Source: Eutreptiella sp. 'Long Island Sound 2002' (lineage: Eukaryota > Protista > Euglenida). From it: a DNA stretch of 64,000 bases. The position numbers and the translations under genes were made by a program. Below are positions 34,927 through 48,237 of the stretch, one piece after another. The first letter of the stretch is position 1, and every line of letters begins with the position of its first letter. The notes beneath the pieces are model-generated. The model saw nothing but the letters and a program-made list of their open reading frames with translations, did not search any database and was not told the DNA's origin. The stretch lies in contig OZ038378.1 in the NCBI GenBank assembly GCA_964036045.1, forward strand, positions 174,964,001 through 175,028,000, given 5' to 3'.

Positions 34927-37900
34927 AATAGCAGTTCATTAGAGCAGCGCCGGAACTCACCCGGCTCCACATCTCCTGACACATGTGGCTCTTGTAGCGC
35001 AAAAACTTGTACATTGGTGCGTTTAAAGTATTTCAAGATGGCGTGTATCCTATACACCGGTTTGGATCCGTCCTCAATCTGTGTCATAAGACCATTACAG
35101 TTTAGCGTGGCGAAATTGATCCCCCCCCCCCCAAGGGGAGGGGCGTGCCATACTGTGTTGGGGCTCGAACCCATCACAATGATGTGTCGGATTCATTTTG
35201 GGCCCTGGGCCTCTTGCCGCGTACTGATGCCATGTCCACGTGCATTGGTCGTGGCTGGTCCTGAGATGCGTCTGTTGGCCTGGCTGAGATGCCTGTTGTT
35301 GTGTCTGTGTTAGGAGAGCGGGAAGGTAGTCTAATGGCTGCTCTGCGCAGAATTCTTGCTGTCCCTGCAGGGGTGGGAGGATGTTAGGCATGGGGTTAGC
35401 TGCTATTGAGGGGAGGAGAGATTGCACTCCGGCGACAAGCTAGAAAGCACCGATTGGCAGCACAGGTGCCTGCATAGGTACGGACTGGGGTTGGGGGGAT
35501 TGCTGGGACTGCCCCGTGGGCTGTTTGGCCGGTCGCTTGGCCACCCATTCCTCTCGGGCATTATCCCACTCACTCTTAGACCTCACTGTCGCCACTATGT
35601 CCTTCTCATTCTCACTTGTCATGGTGAGAACAGCACGTGCGATCTTGGCTGGCCCCCGTGCAGAGAGAGGCCACTTTGGCTTCCTAATACTACCCATACT
35701 CCACCGCAGCTTTGTGAAGGTTACAGTGCAGTCTTTGGTTTGGATTCCCTTGGAATGCAGTGCCGGCTGTACCAGCTCCCAGAGCTGTTTGGGGGGTAGG
35801 AACTTTGGGAGGTCCACGAACACTACCTGGTCCTCCGACGCAGGTTTGTGCGAGCCTGCCGAGCTCCACGATTTCATGGATGACGCATTGCTCGCACTGG
35901 CGTTGTCGTTGTTCCCATCCGAGAATTCATTGTTTTTCCCTTCCGTTTTGAAGTTGTACCCCGTTTCTTTGAGTTTGGGCAAGGAGCCTTTGATAAATTG
36001 TTGGGTGTCCTCCTTGGTGGAGAAGCCCGGCCCAGATTTTTTTTGTTGATTCATACTGGACCACGGGGCGGTTTTGATAGAGGTCCATTGTCTGGGCCAT
36101 GGGCCAGATGAAAATACAGCGTGGCTCAAAATGTGGTGATCTTGTCGTGTGACTTGTGGTGTTTTTCAAGAAAAACCTCTGCAATGGCATGGCAGTTGGA
36201 CAGGTCCCCCTGTTGTACTTTCAATGGGACCATGGAGTAATTTTCCTTTTGAAACCACTTTGTTTTCACCCCGGTGAGGGTGTCTTTCGGGGGGGGTGAT
36301 GAGCCATGATATTAGAGCCGGGTGCGGTCCCGGCGCAACGTACCGGTGCCCGCCTCGACACATACCAAGCTGTCTCCCTACTAGAGCCATCGGGCTGAGC
36401 TGCATGCTCAGCTTTTCTCGTAATCGAGGTGCCCCTTCCCAAAGCCGCATTTTGTTTCGAGTAAACACAAGCACTTTAAGATCCACTTCCTTTTATTGGT
36501 CGCAAACTTGCTTGACTGCAATCAGCATTTCCTACACCGCAGACTGAGCGACTGCTCGGGGGCTTTCACCAATGCAGCCCCCCCCCCCCCCCCAATGGCC
36601 CTGCTGCCAATCAAAACCATGTTTTTTGGCCTTTTCGGCCTTAAAATTCCCCATTTCCCCTAAATCAGCCCATTTTAGATAAATGCACGGTAACGTTCCG
36701 GAAACGGGTAGGTGTGAGGCCTGTTTTTTTTGTTCTAGCGCTGGGCGTACATGGACAGTGGGTCCAGAACTACATGAATGCCGTGCGGTCAACATATCAT
36801 GTCCCCTAAATGATCAGGATTGCCCTCAATTCTTCCATGTTGTTCCCAACAAAATGCTTCAATATACCAAAGGCACTGCACACCTGAAGGTGCTGTTCGG
36901 TGCTGTACAGTAGTGCAGGCTTTATTCGGCATGTTGACAACTTTCTTTCCTCCGTTTTGTTCCAGCACCAAAAGGTTCCAAGAGGCTCTGCACTTCATAG
37001 GCGCACATAAGCATATGCCTTGCAAGAAATACAGCCCATGTTGCATGACCCCTATTTTTTTTTGTGTTCCGGCGCGAGGTGTGTGCATCAGCCCCCAAGA
37101 AGAGCCACTTTCACAGAGCACACTTGGACAATGGGTCCAGAACAATGTACAGTCTCCATCTTATGACCTAGTCTCCATCTTGTGACGTGTAGCTTCACAC
37201 GGGTGAGGTGTGTTCCCCAAAAGGGACACCACGGCGGGCAAGACTTGGTTGTAGATTGTCCCACTTCAATAGCAGCAGGTACCACGACCCTGGTTGAAAC
37301 TATGGCCAGGCTAATTTTAATGTCATTGGGTCATGTTTGTCAGTCAGTTTCCTACACGCTGAGACTGGTGTGGTCAATCTCAAGGTGCACAAGACTACAG
37401 GTATGCAAGTAGTCGTTGCAGGTAGAGGCACCTGATCCTAATCTAATATTCCATGTGCCAGTGGCTACTTGTTGGGCAATATTTGGGGATCTAGTTAGCT
37501 GTACGACATCATGTGGGGTGCCCATGCCAAGGATGGGATTTCGTGGTGGATGGTGTGCCTCTTGGCATGTAGGAACGTATGATCTCCCCACTGGTAGTTT
37601 GGTGACATGCTTTGCATGGAGGTTACAAACCACAAGTCCCTACAGCAGTACGGAGGTAGTAACACACATGGCCGCCCATATTTCAAAGCGGCGAATTTCA
37701 ACTTTGAGTTGGTATAGGGCAGGGTTGCTGGCGGACGTGACCTGCCAATCATGCACACTACCTTGGCTGGATGCATTGCGCACCCATCGGCCGAAGGATC
37801 GGCATATGTGAAGAAGATGGCGGTGGGCTTGTAATAAACCTTGCGATCTATGATGGGGGAGGTGGCTCTGACCAGCGCCACCCACCATTACAAGGAGTCC

Positions 37901-38919
37901 CTGGTTGCATGAACAGGTTGCTTCTAATACTATAGAAACTATGTTGCCTTGGGTAGCGACGGAGTGTGCCAACATCACCATCATTAGTGGGCTTGCAACA
38001 TGCGCAAGACCGTGTGTGTTGGTAGCACCCCCTGGGTTACTGAGTGGTATAGCCACGCCCCCTTACAAGGAGGGAGATATGCCGAGCCTCTGGACACTTG
38101 CAAACGAATGGATCGAAGTCCCGAAGGTGTGGATGTGCTACTCGGTAACATCCATGTTAGCTCATAATTGCGCAGTATTAGGACTCTCTAGGAGGGAGTC
38201 GGTCCTTGACTCCTGCGCAAACAATGCCATGTCAGCCACAACCAGTCCAATGGGTAGGGGAGTTCCTTGGCCACGGATGTATTCCTCCATACAACCCATG
38301 TTGTATGACCCCAAATTACATGAGTTGAGGCCTACCCAACACAATGGACACTTCTTCAACATATTGACTACTTATAGGCACTAGTTTTGCATTGACCCCC
38401 CCCCCGTGTCCAAACAATGGGAAAAAGGACCAATAGATGATGTCTGGACATCACTGTTCGTATGCATCACAACACCACACATGCAGTATCCAGTAGCCCT
38501 CTCATTTGGCCACTACATCTCGTAACACCAAATTTCCAAATATATTGATGAGAGGACACATAATGACAAAGTATCCCCAATGTTGAAATGCAATTGGCCT
38601 ACAAGCTCACATTGATCAGGATGCTACCTTACATCACTGCAGTTGTTCCTTAATCACATGCAATCTTTTACCATTAATTTCGAAGTGGCCGTCGTGTAAA
38701 GGCCTGGCGTGCGTACACGAGCAAATTTCCGTCGTTCTCCTACTGTGATACCCACAATGCCATTGTTTTTTTTTTTTGAGTTTGTTGGGTTCGTTGGGTT
38801 ACGAATTCAAAGGTGCATGCTGTGCACCAACAGCGGCGAAATGTCGAATTCCGATAGTGCCAGATGCCTACAGCAATGCGCGCTCGCACCATAGCCATTG
38901 GCCATCAGCAATAAACATT

Positions 38920-39180
38920 AGTGAAGCCAGTGCAATAGCCACAAGTGAAGCCAGTGCCATAGCCATGAGTGAAGCCATAGAGTGAAGCTGGAGCCATAGC
39001 CATTAGTGAAGCTGGAGCAGTAGCCACAATTGAAGCCAAAGCCATAGCGATGAGGGAAGCCGGAGCCATAGCCATGAGTGAAGGCAGAGATATTGTCATG
39101 AGTAACGCCCATACAGTGACCCATGCAGTGAAGCTGCGGCCATAGAGTGAAGCTGGAAGCGTAGAGTGAAGCTGGCACCA
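38920..39180. repeat. Degenerate 24 bp tandem repeat (SEAGAIAM on +, HGYGSGFT on -)
   Basis: About 8 AGTGAAGCYRGWGCMATAGCCAYK-like units with partial units and frame breaks. Confidence 0.75.
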
Positions 39181-40710
39181 TAGAATGAACACAAAGCCTT
39201 ACATGGAATACGGAGCCGCCCCGCGCCTTTGCAGGCGGCCTATTCCCAATGGAGCTAGTGCATTCATGATGAGGATGCTGCAGCACTTCACAATGTGGTG
39301 TGTGTTGTATGTGGTACATGCATGGTCAATTCATGCTGATGGAGGGCAGATTCAAAGCAACAAGGAGTCCCTCTTTCACGGTAAAGCAAGGCAGAACTCG
39401 ATAAATCTATTGCATAGCAGGAACCACTTCAGGTCGCTATGGTCAAAGAGGTAAGGCTTTCACAGGAGGGCTCGGAAGGCGGAAATGTTCAGCAGCTGCA
39501 CAGTGGAAATCCACTTCCTCTGCTGTTGCTGATGCAATCCGGTAACGCGTAGCAATACATCACTTCTGCCCTGTCTGCTGATTTGTTGGACGTGTGCTCC
39601 AGGACATGCCCGGGAGGGGACAGGGTATCTACACTTCAAACCGCAATCTGTGCCGTTCAGCCCTGTGGCGGTTCATTGATGATGAGCAGCGTGTGGCATC
39701 TCCAACCAAAAGAGGATTCATACTTAAATTGTGTAATTTTTGCAAAGTTTTGCTTGTTGGCTGCTGACAATGAAAAACAGCTGCAGATGGAACATTGAGA
39801 AAAGGGTCCAAGACAGATAGCAGTCTCAAATGGCTGTCCTCTATTCTCAAGGAGGTAGGTCAAAGCTGGTGAGGGTTTTTACTTTTCGTTATGCTCTTTT
39901 ACTGGGGCCACTCCCTCAGCATGGACAGCTGCACTAAAAGTGAGGATCCTGCTGGAGACACAGGTGCCTTTCAAATTCACCCCCTGGCCTTGGCCAGACA
40001 CCGCCCCAAACGCCAGAATTTCCTGAAAAAGACGTGGCCTCGTGGTGCTCGCACGAAGGGGTGACAGGTGAATAAGCAGAAAAGGACAATGTTGCCAAAA
40101 TGACGGGCCTTACACCCAGTGGTGCACGCACCTATGGTGCATAGTGCATCTAAAGTACCGTGAAAATGACCCTGTTGGGACCTAAAATGTTCCAAAACTG
40201 GACCCAAACCACTTGGATGTGCCTGAACACGTTTTTTAGGTTCAAAAGAGTCCCAAAAGCTACGACATCTTGCTCCCCATAAATCCGCCACAAGCAACAG
40301 CAAACAAGCACTACCAGGATCGAGTGGCCACTGGCTGCAAGTCTATGGGGCTTAGACCCCTACAGGTTTTGCCAAATCTCATGTTTGAGCAATCAACGGC
40401 GGCGACCCGGGGTGGCAGCCGCATATTGCGTTTCTCCCCCCCAAACTGGGCCCTCTGTGCCTGCCCAACATGGTGTCTGGTGCTTGCCCATGCATAGCAC
40501 CATCAATCGGCATCACTGCAGCTTGCGTGCAACCATGTAGACCCCATCTTTGTCAATTCTATTGCCTTCGGCAGTGCACCTCGAAGAGAGGTTGACAGTC
40601 AGCCAATCAGTCCCTGAGCCAGCAAGCAGGCAGTCAGTCAGATACACACAGTTTGGGTTTTTTGTCAGTGGCAGATGCGGCCCCAAGCAGCAGGGATGTG
40701 TCACAACCCA

Positions 40711-40858
40711 AGCCTGGCCCAGTGGTAAAGCAGCCGACCGCTGCGAGCTGGTCGGCGGTTCAAACCCCAGTCTGGCCACTATGGCGCCGCCGCCGGCGGC
40801 GGCGCTAAAATTCGGCAGACCAGGATTCGAACCGGCTGCGTTACCATTGGACCGCTGA
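40711..40858. other. Two convergent tRNA-like (A/B-box) segments around a perfect 22 bp GC palindrome
   Basis: + strand: TGGCCCAGTGGTAAAGCAGCC...GGTTCAAACCCCAGTCTGGC. - strand: GGTCCAATGGTAACGCAGCCGGTTCGAATCCTGGTCTGCC. Centre: GCGCCGCCGCCGGCGGCGGCGC. Confidence 0.55.
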
Positions 40859-43800
40859 CCGTGTCAACAACATTGTGCGTCCCCACTGCTTGTAGCCTAT
40901 TAAGCAAAAACTTTTGACCCCCCCCCCCAACACCCCCACCCCCCCACCCCCCCAAAAAGTGATATCCAGTTTTAGGGGGTAGAGGCCTCAAAATCAAAAA
41001 ATCCATTGGGGGATGGTCTTACTGGGCAAAATAATGATTTTACAAGGGGTTGGACATCCAATATCATGCCTTGGGGTATGCTACGCGAATGACCCCAAAA
41101 AAGGGGGGGTATATGACGCCCACGCCCGCGCTTGATCTAACAACCTCTCTTCGAGGTGATTTGGCACCCATTTTGGCACCATTTGACATGCAATAATCCC
41201 AAAGCAAGATGAGGACATATCTTGGGCTACGTGACTCAAGATTCAGTCCCATGGGGGCGTTTTCGCCAGCGCGCGCACAGCGCCAATTATTACGCTGTTT
41301 AGGGGAACGCCCTTGAAAACCACCCACCTACAGAAGCATGCATGATCAATTCAAAACAACATGGGGTGCAGAATTCAGGACTCTGGGGCCTGTGGCAAGC
41401 ATCAGACTTGAAAAAAAAAATCCCTGGTGTATCAGCAGGGGCTGTAGGGTGCAGAATTCAGGACCCTGGGACCCATGGTGACCGGTGGTGAAGAACAGCC
41501 GACTTTTCGCACAGCGTGCGCACAGCGCACGGTGCGCCCCCCATGAGCACCCCGTGCACCCGCAAGCCCCCACTTTTGGTGGTTTCCACTCCTCAGATTC
41601 GCCCAAAGGACCCATAGACCCCTTCACAAGGCCACACTTCCTCCCAACCCTGACTGCATTGACCGTGTCATGGCCAATCTGGGCCCATTTGAGCATGAAA
41701 CAGCCGAAAAACCTGAAAGGCTGGGACGGTAAAGTAGGAAAACGGCTTGGAACATGCTTGATTACTCTAGTTTTATGGGGGTAGGGTTGTGGTGACATAT
41801 GTATGTATTCAATGACTGGTTGGGCTGATATCCAGCCAGTAGCGCAAGAGGGGGGGAAGAGGGTTGGATGAGTAGCAACACCTCAAAGGCCCACATTTTC
41901 TTGAACATCTCGACACCACTGCGAGGACGAGGGGATAATGCAACATATCCAGAAACCCAAGCCAAACTGAAAACAGTTCCAGGGCTTTGGCCACTGATTA
42001 GGCGCCGTGACCCAGAGAAGCCAGCAAGAGGGCAGACCATAAGGACCTGCAATGGACCTGATAGGGGATTGAAAGACTGTGATTCGCTGGTTTCTGTGTC
42101 CTTCCCTGAAATGAACGATCTGGATAAACATGTTTGAGATGATCGGCAGCTTGAAGGTCGATGCGAGAAGGTCGATACAATCTTGGCGCCACTTTTGCTC
42201 AACGAAGATTGCATCAAAACACGTGGAGCTCACAGGAGAGGGGCAGGATTGAAAGAAGAAGGAAAAGAATAATGGCTCCAATCTATTCACATTTCAATAC
42301 AGATCAGCAGAAAACGGAAGCGCTATGCAACCAACTGATAAATGAGCACAGACCATGAGCATTGCAGACAGGGGTGTCATGGCAACAGATATTTGGTGCA
42401 TGATAAACTATTAAACCCATGCCACACTTCAAGCGAGGGGCTGGAGAGGTAACTCAAACGCAGTGCAAATCTTGGTTTTCCGGATGTGAAATGAAGGTTT
42501 GGGTCATGTGGAAGGCATGAGCATGAGTTGTGTAGGCATAAAAGCACGCACACATGAAGAGGTGGCGTACGCTGCAGGTGAATACGTCTTTTTCGTTTGA
42601 CTTCAGCTGCACCAGCGGAAACCAACGCCAGCACGGACACCAGCATCAATTGCATCAGCCGGGGAGCAACGTGAGCACTGGCCCAGGACGAGGATAAGCA
42701 GCAATTGCATCAGCATCAGCACTGGCAAGCTACCAAGCAGCACTGGTACCAGCACCAGCGCTTGTGCACGAGCACATCTACATTCCCCGCGTTACAAATT
42801 AGAGATACCATGCAGCTCAAACTTGCCTAAAATGCCAAACCCTCCCTTTGCACTCTATAACAAAACACCCCTATGGTTGTAGGGTATTGTTCTGAACCAA
42901 TAATGCTCCATTTACAGAAAAGATCTGGGCAGCAGATATTCACAAATCGAGAAGGAAAGACACAAAGCAGCGTAGGAAATGAAAGGTCAAGAAAAAGTAA
43001 GTGAGGTCAACAAGGACGATTTGTTTCGGTAAAAGGCCATTTGGACAAGGTTAAAAGAACCCCCCGAGAGTTTGTCTGAGCTGTTGCCAATCCAAACTCT
43101 CAGGCCCTCACAACGGACTTGTGGAGCCCTCATGCACTGCATTCTACCCTACAAGTAATCGCGCCCCTGCACTGGAGGCGTTGCGTGACTAAAACAACTT
43201 TGTGTTGACCCCCCGGGGTACACGTGGACCCCCTTCAGCATTCCTTTCGCTCTCACGCATCCCAACCCCCAATCACTACTGTTTTCAGGCGAAAATCCAG
43301 ATGGAAAAGCTTCGAATGCTTCCTGCCAAGGCAGACGGCCAATAAACACATCGCCCAGATACCAGTCTCTAGCATAAGCGTGCCACAGCATGCTCGGCAG
43401 CGCCATTGACTGCCAACATCATGACATAAGAAAGATACAATGAGTGAAGCGGCACGACCAGCAACCACCGCATGCAGAACCTGCACTGGGAAGAGGGCGC
43501 GCCAGCGATAAGCACCAACAATAAGCAATGTACAAGGCCGCTATCCAGGGGGCGCAAGGCGGAGACACCCCCATGAACCTGAACACGACAGAAACGCATG
43601 ATCCACAATCCGCTCGGATTTGCAACCCACTTGGTATTGCCAAAGCAAAGAGAGGTGGGCTCGACACACTGAGGGGGAATCTTTGCACTGCGCGCGCACT
43701 GTGCGCTACTTTTAGACTATGTTCCCCCCGAAGAGCCCCCAAGCACACCCCTTGGAAACGCCCTTAGAATTAGGTGACCCAAACTGCCCCAGCTCAAGAA

Positions 43801-44057
43801 AGTTGCAAACCACCTTCCCTTCACATAACACACATCATGCACATCTGGAAAGGCCATGAACAGCGCATTGGTCGCCACCCTCAAGAACACACAACTGTCT
43901 TTTTGGTCCATTGTCAACTAAGTACACATTGAGAATACGCAACTTGTGTGCACAACATGACACAGTTGCAGAATCAAAGAAATGTCACACGGTCACATGT
44001 GTGTGTGTCAATGCAATCCGTACAATATTGCAATTCACACTTGTCACTTGTCACACT

Positions 44058-44986
44058 GCATTCTCGGGGGTCCCCAAAAAAAGGGGAACAAAATCAGAAG
44101 TCAACACCTACGCCAAGGGTCACCATGATGCACCATGCGACAAAGCGTGGATTCAAAGATTGTCCCGGTTTCCTCAATAGCACCGGAAGGTTGGGGCCCA
44201 AAAGAGGGCGGAAATGCTACGTCACCCCTGCATTCTCGGGGGTCCCCAACAAAGGGGAACAAAATCAGAAAACAAAACCTACACCAGGGGTCACCATGAT
44301 GCACCACACAACAAAGCGTGGATTCAAAGATTGTCCCGGTTTCCTCAATAGCACCGGAAGGTTGGGGCCCAAAAGAGGGCGGAAATGCTACGTCACCCTT
44401 GCATTCTCGGGGGTCCCCAACAAAGGGGAACAAAATCAGAAAACAAAACCTACACCAGGGGTCACCATGATGCACCACACAACAAAGCGTGGATTCAAAG
44501 ATTGTCCCGGTTTCCTCAATAGCACCGGAAGGTTGGGGCCCAAAAGAGGGCGGAAATGCTACGTCACCCTTGCATTCTCGGGGGTCCCCAACAAAGGGGA
44601 ACAAAATCAGAAAACAAAACCTACACCAGGGGTCACCATGATGCACCACACAACAAAGCGTGGATTCAAAGATTGTCCCGGTTTCCTCAATAGCACCGGA
44701 AGGTTGGGGCCCAAAAGAGGGCGGAAATGCTATGTCACCCCTGCATTCTCGGGGGTCCCCAACAAAGGGGAACAAAATCAGAAAACAAAACCTACACCAG
44801 GGGTCACCATGATGCACCACACAACAAAGCGTGGATTCAAAGATTGTCCCGGTTTCCTCAATAGCACCGGAAGGTTGGGGCCCAAAAGAGGGCGGAAATG
44901 CTATGTCACCCTTGCATTCTCGGGGGTCCCCAACAAAGGGGGACAAAATCAGAAGTCAAAACCTACGCTACGGGTCACCATGATGC
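44058..44986. repeat. 171 bp tandem satellite, ~5.4 copies, highly homogeneous
   Basis: GCATTCTCGGGG starts at 44058, 44230, 44401, 44572, 44743 and 44914. Flanked by ~130 bp direct repeats (~43665-43795 and ~45598-45725). Confidence 0.95.
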
Positions 44987-47900
44987 CCCTAGGGGCCCCT
45001 AGTATCTCAAAGTATGGGTCTCTAGTACGGCCAAACGCCCAAATAGTTGCACTGCGCGCGCACTGCGCTTAAGGCTCCCCCCAGTAAAAAGCGCGTCTTC
45101 GCAGGACCGTGTGCCACCCTGACCATTCCATACCCATTTGTAGAACATCCAAAGGGGAAAACAATGCTTTTACTTTAATCCAAGCCCTCAGACCCTCACA
45201 GCGGACTTATGGGGCTGTCTTGCGCTACACTGCTACACTGCACCCGGTGATAATGTTCCTACACTGGAAGTTTGTGTTACAGCCACAGTTGTTGTTGCTT
45301 CCGATTGCTGTTTAGAAACAAAGATCCAAAGCAATTCATCCATGGCCCAGATCCAGCGAGGCGTGCCACAATGACGACGTGCCTGGGCAGGAGGCCAGTG
45401 TGGGTGGAATTCAAGGCTGAAAACGGCCAAAACATAGGATTGGATTTCAAAGATGGGCAACTAGTGGCCCTAATTGAGTCAGGACAGTGAAAGGATTGCT
45501 TGAGGGTGCCAGCTTGCATGCCCCAGGCCTCACGTATCACAGAGCGCGGCTCGTCCTGTTAATATTCTCTGCAACATCAAGGGTGCAAACCCCACTCAGA
45601 CAAAAGGGATCCTTGCACTGCACGCGCACTGCACGCTATTTTTAGACTAAATTCCTCCCCAAAGAGCCCCAGACACACCCTTTCCAACCACCCTCAAAAT
45701 TTGGCCACCCCAGCTACCCTAGCTTGACCTCCTTTCCGACAAGATGTCATGCAAAATGGAACAGGCCATAAACCTCTTGATATCTTCTCTCACGCTGAGG
45801 TCGCATCATCAACCCACACATCCCGACAGCCAATGGAAAAGATGGTGCTGTTGTGGCCTCTAAGAAAGCACCACAGAGAAAGATTCCAAATATCGCCCCC
45901 AACGGTTTCAGCCCCGCCATTTTGCAAACCATGGCCATCAGCCTCATTTGCCATTGATACACAGCAGTCCTTCAAATCACAACCCCTGGAAGCGCTCCAT
46001 AATACAAACACACAGCTAGGGAAAGCAAGAGGCTTCACTTGTCTCCTGGTCTACACACGACAGGAAGCGGGACAGCACCACTGCACCATGGCCCCAACGG
46101 CAGGGCCAGATTGGAAAAAATTGTATGTCAGCCCTGCCGACCGCATCAGGAGCTTGGCATCGCAAAATAATGGGCACCAGATCAAATTGCGGTGGATGGT
46201 GGTACGGTGATTCTGAAATCTGGCCACATCAGTTGCTCACCCTCACCAAGGCGAGGCAGCAGAAGATGAGCTGGGATTTGCTTATGTTTGGCTGCAGTGC
46301 TGATCTTTGGGGGGGGGGGGGTGCTGAGGCTGACCTGTTGCCTGCGTGACCTCCCACCTCCGTTCGGTTCGGAAAGAGAGCCATGGTCGGGTTCCTCCTA
46401 CCGCAGGGAACAGGACACCGAAACGGGCGTCAAACAGCAGCAAAAGTACTGATTTCTGGGAGGTTGGGCAGTGGAATATAGAGAGCGGTTAACAAGAATT
46501 GGAGAGGCAAACCTGAAAATGGACAGAACCCTGGGTCAGACCATTGCTGTGCCACAGAGCGGGATCATTTGGGCCCCTTGCCAAGCGGTTGACCCACCCA
46601 CCCACATCAGAAACCTGTTAAGCAGGGGCGCTAAAGGAGTTTCTGTCCCACCCACCAACCCGGCCATCTTCCACTCCAGTGGAAGCACCTGAAGCCAAAA
46701 GCTGCCCTGGGTGCCCGGGAGGCCCCAGACGTAGATGTGCACTCAGAAAGGGGGAAAGGCGGCTGGGATGAGCTCATGGAGGGATGGAAGAAAAAGAGCT
46801 CAACCAGATTATTCCAGGGGATGTCTCACAAAGGCAGCAATGGACACATGCCCATTCTGATTCCATCCTCAGAACACCTCTGGGTCCAACTGTTACATTT
46901 GGTTGGGGTCATGCGCGCCGGGGGAGAGGGGGGGGGGGGCTCCTTTTAAAGGGGGTGTCCAGGGGGGGGGGGTCCAGCTGAGTTCTTGGGGGGGGGGTCT
47001 CCACAGCACGATCAACAAACAGCAATGCTTTGGGGGCCTGCCACACTTTGTATGCTGACACGTAATCACAGCAACACAGCGAAGAGGGCTCTAGAGAAGG
47101 GGCGACCAATGTCTTCCAATGGTCCGAGCCATTCTCCTGCTTCCCAAAGGGGCACCTATGCACACCTGGGGAGAGAGGCGTCTGAGCACCTGAAGTCGCC
47201 CAAAATTTTGCAATGATAAAATTTGACTTTTCCCAAGAGGCATTTTTCTGTTGGACCCCCCGGCCCACTCCGGAGGTTCCTTGGAAATAATTTCATTCTA
47301 AAGCATCACTGGGGTCCTATAAATTCTGACCATCGTAGCACAAGCCTACCTGCACCACTCTTCAGGCCAATGCCAAAGGTTGGGCATGTTACATGTGGAG
47401 GGAGAAACCCAGAAACCCAACCCCAAGCGACTCCTCCACCCATTATTCTCACTGTAAAGTCTCGAAGGCAGGCCAGGGGTGATGTCGGCTGTGGGTGGGT
47501 GACATCATTGGAGAGGTGTAGGAAATGCCATTCTTCACCAGGGCAGATCCGAGGTCAGTGACAGGGTTGACAGGGTTGTAGGCAGCCGTGGTCGGTGGGG
47601 ACTGCAGGGGCTTCATGGGGCTTGGCGCTGGGGTAGCCATGCATCGAGGAGACATGAGCCCCCGGGATGAGGTTGAGGTGGGGGTACCTGACAGCCTGCG
47701 GGCAATCTGTTGAAAAGTGAGGGGGATGGTGTGATGGAGGAATGGCGGGGACGGGTTGACCAAGGAAGGTTTGGGTGAAGAAGCAGTGAGGGCACCATGT
47801 CGGCCTTGGGGGCTGTGAGGGCCCCTGGGAGAAGCCGATGGACAATAACGTACCCCATACCACCACCTGCTGGGCATCAAATGGTCGGTCGGCTGAACTG

Positions 47901-48237
47901 GATGTCCCCGCCATAGACATTTCCAGCCATTGTTCATCAGCATGTTCGCACAGGGTCCGGGTTTTTGCTAGGCGACTGTCCCGGTGCTTCCGCCAATGTT
48001 CATTGTGCCTCGCTTCCGTATGTACACTGGTTCCTGACCTTGCAGAGTGTTCGTGCTGGTCATGACTCTACCGGGTGAGTGGCGTTTATGCTGGTCAGCG
48101 GTCAGTCCCTTGGTGTACCTGCTGGTAGCTGGCCCCACTCGGCCAGTACCCCTTGGGACGGTTATCGTGGTCCTTAGGTTGAAAAACCCAGTGGGTACAG
48201 GTTTGGTTAAGGTTACTTACATTCAACACACAACCAT

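Larger units (their letters stand above)
27943..36490 (-). mobile_element. Degenerate non-LTR retrotransposon (LINE): ORF1 region, APE, RT, CCHC-type zinc finger, RNase H, C-terminal tail; interrupted by several insertions
   Basis: ORF1-like 36129-35440. APE motifs TLNCNGL and LQEPH (~35100-34985), GGVAIF, RRIDR, SNH (33330-32800). RT motifs SPRTDG, DFSKAYDSV, KQGD (32090-31490) and GLQI..KS, VKYLGI, LPP..GGY (31010-30550). Zinc-finger-like CP..GQLET..H....C (~29900). RNase H QTNNRVELRAA, HIPSHIGIKGNGRADHLAD (29350-28950). ORF stop at 28207. The APE pieces either side of 33439-34926 may belong to two different elements. Confidence 0.8.

Noticed and set aside
37500-38400. Possible further LINE remnant on the minus strand (CPLCWVG...)
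   Set aside because: Too degenerate to assign domains with confidence.
43948-45072. 374 aa (+) and 281 aa (-) repetitive ORFs
   Set aside because: They arise because the 171 bp unit is a multiple of 3 and lacks stops in those frames. Both strands are open and there is no domain signal.
46080-47220. Possible plus-strand retroelement ORF remnant
   Set aside because: Only weak resemblance to RT domain 0, broken by poly-G inserts. No diagnostic motif.
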